DNA of 64,000 bases from Nitrososphaerota archaeon (GTDB taxonomy: Archaea; Thermoproteota; Nitrososphaeria_A; Caldarchaeales; Calditenuaceae). Shown piece after piece: positions 29,026 through 37,458 of this stretch (position 1 is the stretch's first letter; each line of letters starts with the position of its first letter). The DNA is taken from contig JBEPYO010000001.1 in NCBI GenBank assembly GCA_041641295.1, positions 1,344,001 to 1,408,000 of the forward strand, read 5' to 3'. The position numbers and the translations under genes are program-made. The notes under the pieces were generated by a model, which searched no databases, had not been told where the DNA came from, and saw only the letters and a program-made list of their open reading frames with translations.

Positions 29026-29113
29026 TGGGACTTCACTTGGATTTGCACCTTATAACCTTTATTTCTGCGGGCCAGTGATGAAAAATCTTTAATCCCCGAG
29101 CCAGGGTTGGCTA

Positions 29114-29542
29114 GTGGTCTTGAGACTGTTTAGAAGACGGAGACCCCAGCTGCCAACGATAAGTCTGGAAGAGGCTCTGAAGATGATACCCGTGAAAAAC
29201 CCCAACACCGAGTCCACCACCACAGCCTCGGGCGAGTTAAGTATCAGGCTTAGGATGCCTCGCCCCCGTGGGGTTCTTCAGCGCCTCCTACCAGTCCCCG
29301 AGTTCCGCACCTTCATACTCGACAAGGTGGGTGGGTTTGTCTGGGAGAACATAGATGGGGAAAGGAGTGTGAGAGAGATTGCGGATTTACTTGTGAAGAG
29401 TTTTAAGATGACGCGGGAGGAAGCGGAGGTAAGCCTACTTCGGTATCTTCAAATGCTGTCAACCCGCGGCCTCATCTACTTGAGGGTGGGGATGGATAAA
29501 GAGGGAGGCCAACGCTTAAATCAGCGCGGCTCAACGTATTAA
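29114..29542 (+). CDS. Standalone PqqD-family (RiPP recognition element fold) protein
   Basis: FILDKVGGFVWENIDGERSVREIADLL...EAEVSLLRYLQMLSTRGLI matches the PqqD/RRE wHTH pattern. Confidence 0.85.
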   Translation: MVLRLFRRRRPQLPTISLEEALKMIPVKNPNTESTTTASGELSIRLRMPRPRGVLQRLLPVPEFRTFILDKVGGFVWENIDGERSVREIADLLVKSFKMTREEAEVSLLRYLQMLSTRGLIYLRVGMDKEGGQRLNQRGSTY

Positions 29543-29545
29543 CCG

Positions 29546-30142
29546 ATGGCTAAAGAGCGGACATTTGGCCGAGTGTCCTTCCCGGCAAGCGAGCTACTGA
29601 AGCTCGTCTTCCTAAACATAAGGAAGAGGTTTAGCCGCTCACTACTGACAATGCTCTCAGTCCTGCTGGCTATAGCGTTTATGACTGTAATACTCACGCT
29701 TGGGGCCGTAAACCGTGCAACTGCGGGGACAGAGTTCGCCGCGTATCAGTTCTGGCTCATTTTCGTAGCGCTTCTGGTGGCGGGTCTAGGCGTATTCAAC
29801 TCACTGCTAATCTCGGTCGCTGAGCGTTATAGAGAGATTGCTACAATCAAGACGCTTGGGGCAGCAGATAGGCACGTGCTACTCCTCTACCTTATCGAGT
29901 CTCTCGTAATAGGAGTGATTGGTGGGGGGCTCGGAGTCTTAATAGGGCTCGGAATCGGTGTGGGGCTCCTCGCAGCCTATGGTAGAGCTGCAGATATCGG
30001 ACTAGTTGCACCAGCCGAGTATCTCTACATAATGGGGCAGGGACTGCTCTACGCGGCCATACTCTCACTCTTCGCCACGGCTTACCCCTCCTACCACGCC
30101 TCAAAAATGAGCCCCGCGGAGGCCTTCCGCGTCGAGGTATGA
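29546..30142 (+). CDS. Minimal FtsX/MacB-type ABC permease with no extracellular domain
   Basis: NIRKRFSRSLLT TM1; FNSLLISVAERYREIATIKTLGA, ESLVIG and YPSYHASKMSPAEAFR; only 198 aa. Confidence 0.88.
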   Translation: MAKERTFGRVSFPASELLKLVFLNIRKRFSRSLLTMLSVLLAIAFMTVILTLGAVNRATAGTEFAAYQFWLIFVALLVAGLGVFNSLLISVAERYREIATIKTLGAADRHVLLLYLIESLVIGVIGGGLGVLIGLGIGVGLLAAYGRAADIGLVAPAEYLYIMGQGLLYAAILSLFATAYPSYHASKMSPAEAFRVEV

Positions 30143-30972
30143 GGCTTTCAATTGAGCGGTTAATATTCATACGGCGCCCAGTCGTAGAATTCCTTGAGTG
30201 CGCCAAGTCACTCGGCTTTGAGGGAGTCGAGTTCGCCGAGTTCGAGCTCCAAAGGCTCGCAAAGGAGGGTAGCTTCGACCACTCAAGACTATTCCAAGCA
30301 GTTAAGAGCCAAGGCCTGACAGTCTCAGGCATCTACTGGTCGGCAGACTTCCACAAGAGCGAGGAACGCTCCAACATACTATCCCAGGCGTCGAAGCTGG
30401 CTGAGACCTACAGAAGAATAGGCTGCGAGAATGTAGTGATAGGGCCGCCCCGCGGAGGGCTAAGCGCCGGGCTCACACAGGACCAAGTCCTCCAGCTATT
30501 AGATCAGCTTGTAAAAACGCTAGCAGAAGCTCTAAAAGTATTCATTGACAACGGGATCAAACCCTCTCTCCATAACCACTACGATACCCTCGTCGAGACG
30601 CAGACAGAGCTGGAATATGTCTTATCACGCATCGAGCCAGAGCTTCTCGGATTCTGCCCCGACACGGCCCACCTGGCTCTAGCGGGAATGGACCCGGCCA
30701 AAGTGATAGAGAGATATCTGGACCGGATTACGTATGCTCATTTAAAGGACCTCAAACCCGTTCCCAAGAGTGTTGGGCGTGTAGAAAAGTGGTATGAGCT
30801 TACAACGGAGCTTGGCAGCGGCATCATAGACTTTCCGAGAATAATCTCACTGCTTAAGTCCTCGGGCCGTGTCGAGTGGCTAGTAGTGGAACAGGATTTC
30901 TCGGAGAAAGACCCGGTGGATAGTGCGCGGGAAAGCCGAGACTATATCACCTCTCTAATTAAGAGTGTTTGA
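30139..30972 (+). CDS. Sugar phosphate isomerase/epimerase (IolE-like TIM barrel)
   Basis: GFEGVE, HNH, PDTAH, HLKD, ELGSGIIDF and VVEQD. Confidence 0.88.
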   Translation: MRLSIERLIFIRRPVVEFLECAKSLGFEGVEFAEFELQRLAKEGSFDHSRLFQAVKSQGLTVSGIYWSADFHKSEERSNILSQASKLAETYRRIGCENVVIGPPRGGLSAGLTQDQVLQLLDQLVKTLAEALKVFIDNGIKPSLHNHYDTLVETQTELEYVLSRIEPELLGFCPDTAHLALAGMDPAKVIERYLDRITYAHLKDLKPVPKSVGRVEKWYELTTELGSGIIDFPRIISLLKSSGRVEWLVVEQDFSEKDPVDSARESRDYITSLIKSV

Positions 30973-31012
30973 CCCTCAGAGGCCTTTTATCTAACCGCGC
31001 GGACTTATCTAC

Positions 31013-31987
31013 GTGCCTAGCCCACGTTTTAGATTCGGTGTATCCTTTCCCAACTTCTCTCTTGACGCTGCAGCGAAAATTGCACGAGAGGTTGAGAGGG
31101 CAAGACTCGACAGTGTGTGGGTTAATGACGATTTGGTCGGCGTCTTTCAGAAGGAAACGCAAGACGCTATACTTTGTATGGCCGAGATGGCTAGGGCGAC
31201 GCGCAGGGTGAGGGTTGGGAGCGCTGTCTTAGCTACCTATAGAAGACACCCCGTCAACACTGCCCTGTCTATTATATCGCTGGACCACCTCTCAGGGGGC
31301 AGACTGATAGCCGGAGTTGGTAGCTGCTGCCCCAGCCCCGAATGGGGCTTCCCCGCCAAAGAAGATGTGGCCGAGAGATTCTTAGAGTTCATAACAGTTC
31401 TAAAAAAGGTCTTGAGCGGGGGGAGTGTAGAGTTTCAGGGGAAGTACTTTAACATAAAGACTACTGGCTTCGAGGCCAAACCCAAGCAGAGGCCCCACCC
31501 ACCCATATGGGCCGCGGCGAACATAGACAGGGTGATTAGGGGGATTGCGGGTGTTGCGGATGGCTGGCTGCCAATATGCGTCTCACCCCAGATATACTCC
31601 TCGGAGCTGGAGGCTCTTTACGAGGCTGCAGAGAAGGCCGGCAGGAAGCCGCGGGAGATTGAGGCCGGCTGCATGATCTTCACAGTAGTAGAGAAGAAGA
31701 GGGATTCAGCCCTCACGAAGGCTATGCCACTCCTCGCACAGACCGTCCTCTGGTTCAACGCGGCTAGGATTAAGAAGATGGGCTTCAAGGCCGTAACCTC
31801 CGTGAGCGATGTAACCCCTGAAATGGTGTCGGCGCTTAACATTGTAGGGAGCATAGAGGACGCGGCTCAGCGAATAGGAGAGTATCTTGATGCAGGTGCC
31901 AAGCATCTGGTATTACAGCCCCTTCCCCTCAAGGAGATCAGAGTCGCGATTCCCCGCATAGTGGAGGCTATACGGCAGGCTACATAG
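31013..31987 (+). CDS. LLM-class flavin/F420-dependent oxidoreductase
   Basis: DSVWVND, RHPVNTA, LDHLSGGRLIAGVG, FQGKYF, PKQRPHPPIW and ADGWLP. Confidence 0.9.
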   Translation: MPSPRFRFGVSFPNFSLDAAAKIAREVERARLDSVWVNDDLVGVFQKETQDAILCMAEMARATRRVRVGSAVLATYRRHPVNTALSIISLDHLSGGRLIAGVGSCCPSPEWGFPAKEDVAERFLEFITVLKKVLSGGSVEFQGKYFNIKTTGFEAKPKQRPHPPIWAAANIDRVIRGIAGVADGWLPICVSPQIYSSELEALYEAAEKAGRKPREIEAGCMIFTVVEKKRDSALTKAMPLLAQTVLWFNAARIKKMGFKAVTSVSDVTPEMVSALNIVGSIEDAAQRIGEYLDAGAKHLVLQPLPLKEIRVAIPRIVEAIRQAT

Positions 31988-31988
31988 C

Positions 31989-34900
31989 CTAGCGGAGCTG
32001 CTCCCACAGGCTTGCGGCTGTGGCCTCGACAACTGTAGAGTCCCTGACAATGCATATCCTCTTGTTAAGACGCTGAGCAGTCAGTAGCGCAATGGAGGAG
32101 AGATACCCGTCGTCAGATGATATGCAGACCAAGTCGCAGTCTTTGGCCGCCTCGATAACAGTTCTAGCATCAGAGGCTATCGAGCCTGAAGACGACAACC
32201 TGACCACAGCGACCCTAACCATGTTTCTCTCCAACTCCTCTACCGCTCTTCTCAAATCCTCCTCAGAAGTTCCGCGCCATACGAGCTTAACTTCGCTAGG
32301 ATTGTAAACGGATAGCAGCGGCAGGATATGCCCTAGGTCCCGTCCCAGCGGAGCTAAGACCCGAATAGTCAAGGAGGCATACTCTATGGTGAACTGGCGG
32401 ATAAGCTGGGTTATCTCTCTAATATACTGGTCAATGAACCTAGCGTCCTGTGCCTCAATCTTCGATCGTAGGACAAGTGAGCACCACTCCCCCCGCCTAT
32501 ACACCTCAAGTATGCAGACGGCCCTGAATGCTCTCTGCTCTGTTGAAGAATAGATGAATCTTATCCTGTGGACCCCTACCGTGACATCCTCTTCAACTCC
32601 TTGGACGTTTATGTTCACAGTAGTGGTGTAGCTGTATTCGCTGAGCCTAGAGCTTATGTAGGTTGTGAAGTGTTTAATCCTTGATGCTTTAAGCTTGGCT
32701 GGCAGCTCGACCTTCCAATACCCCTCATCGTCTAGAGTCTTCGTCAGGGTCCATTTCCAAGTCTGTGCCGGCGTGCTGAGTATGATGCTTCTACGAACCG
32801 ATACGGTGTGTGAGGTAATGAAAATTATGGCGGAGAGTGTGAGAATCCCCATCAAGCTCTCCATCGATAGCTTGAAGTCAATGGGTATGGGTGCAACAGC
32901 GGGTACAATTTTCAGGACGACAAGCGTCACCAACACTCCCAGAAACGCGGAGACGGTGCCGAGGAATAGGGCCTCTGCCAAAGTTAGCAGCATGATATGC
33001 CCAGGGTTGAGCCCCAGGGTTGACATTGTGAAGAATTCCCCTCTCCTCTCATAATAGTTGGCCAAGGAGGCGACCAAGAGGTTTAAGAAGGCGATACCTG
33101 CAACGACAAGAACCTCTCCACCCGAGATACCCCGTAACCCTACCAGGTTAAAGACGTAGACCTCACCCCCAGACTTAATGACCCTGACCTTGAGATTGGT
33201 GTGGAGGCTTATCACCTCGGCGAGTTCATAGATTTTATCGTCCCCTCCGCCTGTTGCGTATATTTTGGTGGGGATAGCACCTAGCCTCACAGCCTCGTCA
33301 AAGCCAGTCACTATTATGTTCGACCAGCCTGCGGGGGTAACGGGGGACATGGGAGGCTGGATAAGTGTGGAGGCAAAATATCCGTCGACGTCCTTAAGAT
33401 ACGTTGGGCAATCAATTCCAATTATTCCAACGACTCGAAGCTTTAGCATATTAACGATTATCTGAGAACCAACCGTGATTCCAAGATTCTCCGCCAAGTC
33501 CTGCGAAATGACTGAAGCTGAGGATTGCACCCCGACACTGTCTACCTCTCCAGAAATGATGCATTGTGACAGCTCTTTTGGCAGAGGATTATTGCCCGAA
33601 ACACCAATAATACCTCTCAGGTTATACCTCTTGTTGTTGATGTAGTATTCGGTGCCGCTTGGCGGCGCTATTGGCGTCTCGGCCCTCAGTCCGACATTCA
33701 AGCCGAGGCTTCTAAAGAAGCTTACATAGCGCGTATCCACAGCAGCCAAGTTATCGTATCTATATTCTCTGCTATACGCTATAATGTAGGGTGTATCTGG
33801 TGGGCTGGCTTTTTCTAGCGGGCTTGATACGAATACCTCGCTCTCGAAGCCCGTGTTGATAAGAAGCAGGGTGGATGACACCGTGATGGTAGCCATCGCC
33901 ACCATTATCCATGTTCTCATAGGCCGTGTCTTTAGAAACCTCTTCGCAACACTGAACGCTAGTGACGAGGCTGCAAGCAATGCGACTCCGCGCTGCGTCT
34001 TAACCTCAAGTCCGAGAGAAGGGATACTCAAGAATAGGCCTAGCATGGCAAGTATGCTATAGAGGAGGGCTGACCATCCCCACGCGTCACCAGGCAGTAA
34101 AAACGGATATGAGACTGCCATAAGGCCGAATGTAATAGCGGTAATCAAACCTAAACCCGCCAATATGCTGGACTTCTTCTCACCGAAGACTAGGTGGCTA
34201 AATGTTAGAGCTCCTAAAACCATGAAGAGCGGAAAGAGAATACCGCCTGAAACCCATCGACCCTCATAGCCTGACAATACCGCGCTGACTCCCACTAAGT
34301 CCATGTATGCCCTCCTAAGCAGCTGATATGCCTCGTCCAACCGACCCTGCTCAAACAACTCTCTCGAAGACTCGATACGCTCACTAGCCCTCTCAACCCT
34401 GGCTATTTGGTATCCTAGATAAACCCCTCTCCCGGTAAGATCCTCAAGCTTAGCCCAAGTCTCCGAGGCGACACCCTCCACCAGACTCATGGCCTGAGGA
34501 TATATTGCATGAAGCAGAGAGACCACCTGTGCTTTGCGGATTAGCCCTGTGAGATCTGCCGTCCAACTAGCCATCCCGCCTCCCGCAGCCTCAAATTCCC
34601 CATACAGCCTATAGCCTAGGGAGAGTGGGACAAGGACCTCTCCTTCTCCAAGCCCAACTATCCGCTTCAACTCGTCGACATTATGGCTCCAGCGCATTGT
34701 CTTAGGATAAGTCGACCCACCACCCTCCAGTTCGAGCCTATAGTGGACCACCAATGGGCTTCCATCGATCCAGGGAAACAGCTCAACAAACTTCACTATG
34801 ACAGCCCTCTCAAGCACAATCACAGGCTCTAAGCCTGAATCCGTGAAACTTTCTAGAGAGGTGTTAATCGTGAGATAGGCCTCCCCGCTCCCTACCAATG

Positions 34901-35156
34901 GACCCACTAGGCGTGCTCCCATTATAGCCGGAACCACCAGCCTTCCACCCACTGTCTCAAGCACTACCTTCGAGCCTGAAGGCTCCTGCAGTACAAACCT
35001 CACCCCGTCTTCCACGGGCCTATTATCACTCCTCAAAACAGTGAAAACTATCATGGACTGCGCGACATCCTGCGTACTCGCAACGGCACAGCTAACGAGA
35101 ATGTACAAGACAATAAACAGGGTAATCGTCGCAAAAATTGCTGAGCGGGGAGCCAT
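31989..35156 (-). CDS. Giant MacB/FtsX-type ABC permease with extra N-terminal domains and a C-terminal CARF-like domain
   Basis: N-terminal signal/TM, extracellular region, 3 TMs, MacB TM1 (KTRPMRT), FtsX block (YERRGEFFTMSTLGLNPGH...AEAL), cytoplasmic tail. Start placed at ATG 35156, 26 nt from a TTTATA box; the ORF track extends to 35207. Confidence 0.85.
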   Translation of the reverse strand: MAPRSAIFATITLFIVLYILVSCAVASTQDVAQSMIVFTVLRSDNRPVEDGVRFVLQEPSGSKVVLETVGGRLVVPAIMGARLVGPLVGSGEAYLTINTSLESFTDSGLEPVIVLERAVIVKFVELFPWIDGSPLVVHYRLELEGGGSTYPKTMRWSHNVDELKRIVGLGEGEVLVPLSLGYRLYGEFEAAGGGMASWTADLTGLIRKAQVVSLLHAIYPQAMSLVEGVASETWAKLEDLTGRGVYLGYQIARVERASERIESSRELFEQGRLDEAYQLLRRAYMDLVGVSAVLSGYEGRWVSGGILFPLFMVLGALTFSHLVFGEKKSSILAGLGLITAITFGLMAVSYPFLLPGDAWGWSALLYSILAMLGLFLSIPSLGLEVKTQRGVALLAASSLAFSVAKRFLKTRPMRTWIMVAMATITVSSTLLLINTGFESEVFVSSPLEKASPPDTPYIIAYSREYRYDNLAAVDTRYVSFFRSLGLNVGLRAETPIAPPSGTEYYINNKRYNLRGIIGVSGNNPLPKELSQCIISGEVDSVGVQSSASVISQDLAENLGITVGSQIIVNMLKLRVVGIIGIDCPTYLKDVDGYFASTLIQPPMSPVTPAGWSNIIVTGFDEAVRLGAIPTKIYATGGGDDKIYELAEVISLHTNLKVRVIKSGGEVYVFNLVGLRGISGGEVLVVAGIAFLNLLVASLANYYERRGEFFTMSTLGLNPGHIMLLTLAEALFLGTVSAFLGVLVTLVVLKIVPAVAPIPIDFKLSMESLMGILTLSAIIFITSHTVSVRRSIILSTPAQTWKWTLTKTLDDEGYWKVELPAKLKASRIKHFTTYISSRLSEYSYTTTVNINVQGVEEDVTVGVHRIRFIYSSTEQRAFRAVCILEVYRRGEWCSLVLRSKIEAQDARFIDQYIREITQLIRQFTIEYASLTIRVLAPLGRDLGHILPLLSVYNPSEVKLVWRGTSEEDLRRAVEELERNMVRVAVVRLSSSGSIASDARTVIEAAKDCDLVCISSDDGYLSSIALLTAQRLNKRICIVRDSTVVEATAASLWEQLR

Positions 35157-35182
35157 TCTACCCTGCATAAGTGAACGCGGCG

Positions 35183-35192
35183 TATAAATCTT
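35183..35192 (-). promoter_or_regulatory. BRE/TATA promoter of the giant permease
   Basis: Minus strand AAGATTTATA, 26 nt upstream of ATG 35156; the same AAGATTTATA precedes the 37459-39552 gene at ~39583-39592. Confidence 0.55.
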
Positions 35193-35244
35193 ATTCAGCA
35201 TATTCATCTATTAATTTCACTACCCACAATAAATTGGCGGTTAC

Positions 35245-36789
35245 ATGAAGTCGAAGCTCAACGCAAATCACACACTATACATTATTGCATTGGCTGGCGT
35301 AGTTTTAGCTGGGACCATAATAAGATTCTCAAACCTAAGCGCTGAGAGCGGATGGCACGACTACGATGAGGGCGTTCACCTCTCGGCATCCCTCCTCCTG
35401 TCAAAAGGCTATACCCCCTATATTGACTTCTTTTTCGCCCACCCTCCACTATCTCTCTACGTCTTAGAATTTGTCGTGGGTGATGGGGGACCCCAAGCGT
35501 ATGCACATGCTAGGGCCATATCAGCAGCGCTAGGATCCGCGACTCTGGTTGTTCTAGCTGCCGCAGCATTCATTTCTGTCGGAAAACTGGCCGCGCTAAT
35601 AGGTACGGCTTTTCTCGCCTTTGATGGATTTGCCTCCTATAATTCGCGCATGGTCATGCTCGAGCCATACGTTGACTTCTTTCTCTCGGTCTCTGTACTC
35701 TGCTACGTTTTACTTCGCAAGTGTCGAACCCATTTTCAGGAAACATTGGTTTCGACCTCCTCCGGAATTGCATTGGGCCTTTCTCTTTCCTCCAAAATGA
35801 GCGCCCTATTTGGGGCAGCTGCAATTCTACTACACGCAATAGTATCGAGAAGAATCCGCGTAACAGCCCTCATCCTCTCGTCAGCCATCATTACATATCT
35901 ATTGATTAGTTCAAAATTCCTATTAGCAGATCCTGATACCTATCTAAAGGAGACAGTACTCTTTCATATAGTCCGCCCTCCAGACGGCATAGATCAGCGG
36001 CTACGCTGGATACTGACATCAATTCTTGATTTAGGCGTTACTTGGGCCGGGTTCCCAGCCCTTTTCTCAGCACTACTCATGGCCCCTTCCCTCATCCGCT
36101 CTAAGCTTGTGTCAAGTGACTCCTATCTCTGGATAATGTGGAGCCTCTCTTACATAATCGCCTTCTCTTTGACAAAGACCTTCTTCGGCCACTATATCCA
36201 ACACATCATAACTCCACTCTCCTATGTTATAGGCGTGGCTATAGATTTTGGGTCAAAGGTGAGGATTTTGCCTTGGAAGGTGTCGACAACCCACGTTTTC
36301 CTGACGAAAATTATTCCGATTTGGATACTCTCTATGGCTCTACTACAGGCTGGAATAATATCTGTAGCAAATCCACCCGCCTCTAAGGATGATACGCCAG
36401 TCAGAGTTTCCGAGAAGCTGATAGAGCTGGGAGCAGCCCAATCTTCGGTTATTGCCTTCGAACCAATATACACTTTCTTAGCCGGAAAGTATCCATCAAA
36501 CATGGTGATAGACTCGTATGGATACATGATGTATGAAGGCATGGGTTTAGGAAGCTATGGTTTCTTCGAGGCGCTACTGAAGTATTTTTCAGGCGGTCTA
36601 TACAGTTCTTGGCCTATACACGAGCAGAAAGTACAGGAGAAAGTGGTGAGAGACATTCTTGGCAGCCACTACATCATTATTGATTGGCGTGCTAGGTGGC
36701 AACTCACAAGCGCCTCCCTCTCCACGGTCTATCAACACACCACCTGCATTGCAAGGATAAGAAACATTGAAATTTGTAGAATATCATAG
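35245..36789 (+). CDS. GT-C fold membrane glycosyltransferase (ArnT/PMT-like)
   Basis: DYDEGVH, PYIDFFFAHPPL, SRMVMLEPY and SSKMS; more than 10 TMs. Confidence 0.85.
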   Translation: MKSKLNANHTLYIIALAGVVLAGTIIRFSNLSAESGWHDYDEGVHLSASLLLSKGYTPYIDFFFAHPPLSLYVLEFVVGDGGPQAYAHARAISAALGSATLVVLAAAAFISVGKLAALIGTAFLAFDGFASYNSRMVMLEPYVDFFLSVSVLCYVLLRKCRTHFQETLVSTSSGIALGLSLSSKMSALFGAAAILLHAIVSRRIRVTALILSSAIITYLLISSKFLLADPDTYLKETVLFHIVRPPDGIDQRLRWILTSILDLGVTWAGFPALFSALLMAPSLIRSKLVSSDSYLWIMWSLSYIIAFSLTKTFFGHYIQHIITPLSYVIGVAIDFGSKVRILPWKVSTTHVFLTKIIPIWILSMALLQAGIISVANPPASKDDTPVRVSEKLIELGAAQSSVIAFEPIYTFLAGKYPSNMVIDSYGYMMYEGMGLGSYGFFEALLKYFSGGLYSSWPIHEQKVQEKVVRDILGSHYIIIDWRARWQLTSASLSTVYQHTTCIARIRNIEICRIS

Positions 36790-37419
36790 GAAGGCGAGCC
36801 TCGACTCAAGCTCCCTAGAAAACCCGAGAAGCTTGCCAGCGAGGTAGTCGAGCAGTTCATAGATCCTTTTAACAATTGGGCCAAACCTCCACTCGGAGCC
36901 GGGGCCCTTGATCGCTGTTATGAGCCAGCCGACCATCGTGGGCGACTCATAGTATTTTCTGACAGTCTCGTCGGATAGGGTGGCCCCACCCAGCTCAAAG
37001 TAAGTGTTTATGTAGAGCTCATCTATGGAAGAGCGTTTAAGCAATCGTTGGAGGTTTTCGTCCCTGTTCAGCAAGGTAAGCAAGTCGTTTTCAGGTGTTA
37101 TCTCGGGGAAGACCCTCTTGAGCAGCTCGCCTGTCACCCACTCATAGGAATATCTCAGTATTCCTCTCCTCTTTATCTGAACCTCTCTACGCTTCATCTC
37201 TCTATAAAGACGCAACCCAGCTTCGTCGACCTCCTCCCGTATAATTAATGGTGTCACGAAGTGCCATTCCCAGTCAAAAGATATTCCCACCAGCCTTCGG
37301 GATACTTTGAGGTTGGATATGTTTGAATCTTTCAGGAGAATGACCCAGCCATCGAGGTCCCACGCTATGTTAGAAATCTTGTCGCCGAGAGCAAGTTTGA
37401 TAGTTTCTAGTTCGCTCAC
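36784..37419 (-). CDS. Hypothetical soluble protein
   Basis: 211-aa ORF 39 nt downstream of the DUF6785-like gene on the same strand. Confidence 0.7.
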   Translation of the reverse strand: MSELETIKLALGDKISNIAWDLDGWVILLKDSNISNLKVSRRLVGISFDWEWHFVTPLIIREEVDEAGLRLYREMKRREVQIKRRGILRYSYEWVTGELLKRVFPEITPENDLLTLLNRDENLQRLLKRSSIDELYINTYFELGGATLSDETVRKYYESPTMVGWLITAIKGPGSEWRFGPIVKRIYELLDYLAGKLLGFSRELESRLAFL

Positions 37420-37458
37420 TTTCCATCCACTAGAATTGGCGAGGGCAGAAAAAAGTGT

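Noticed and set aside
29074-29113. GTGATGA...CCGA as a C/D sRNA
   Set aside because: No C' or D box follows; the sequence fits the BRE/TATA region of the PqqD gene better.
7526-29542. Lasso peptide system (AsnB-like cyclase plus RRE)
   Set aside because: The genes are 20 kb apart, no B2 protease or precursor is seen, and the AsnB-like gene sits among housekeeping genes.
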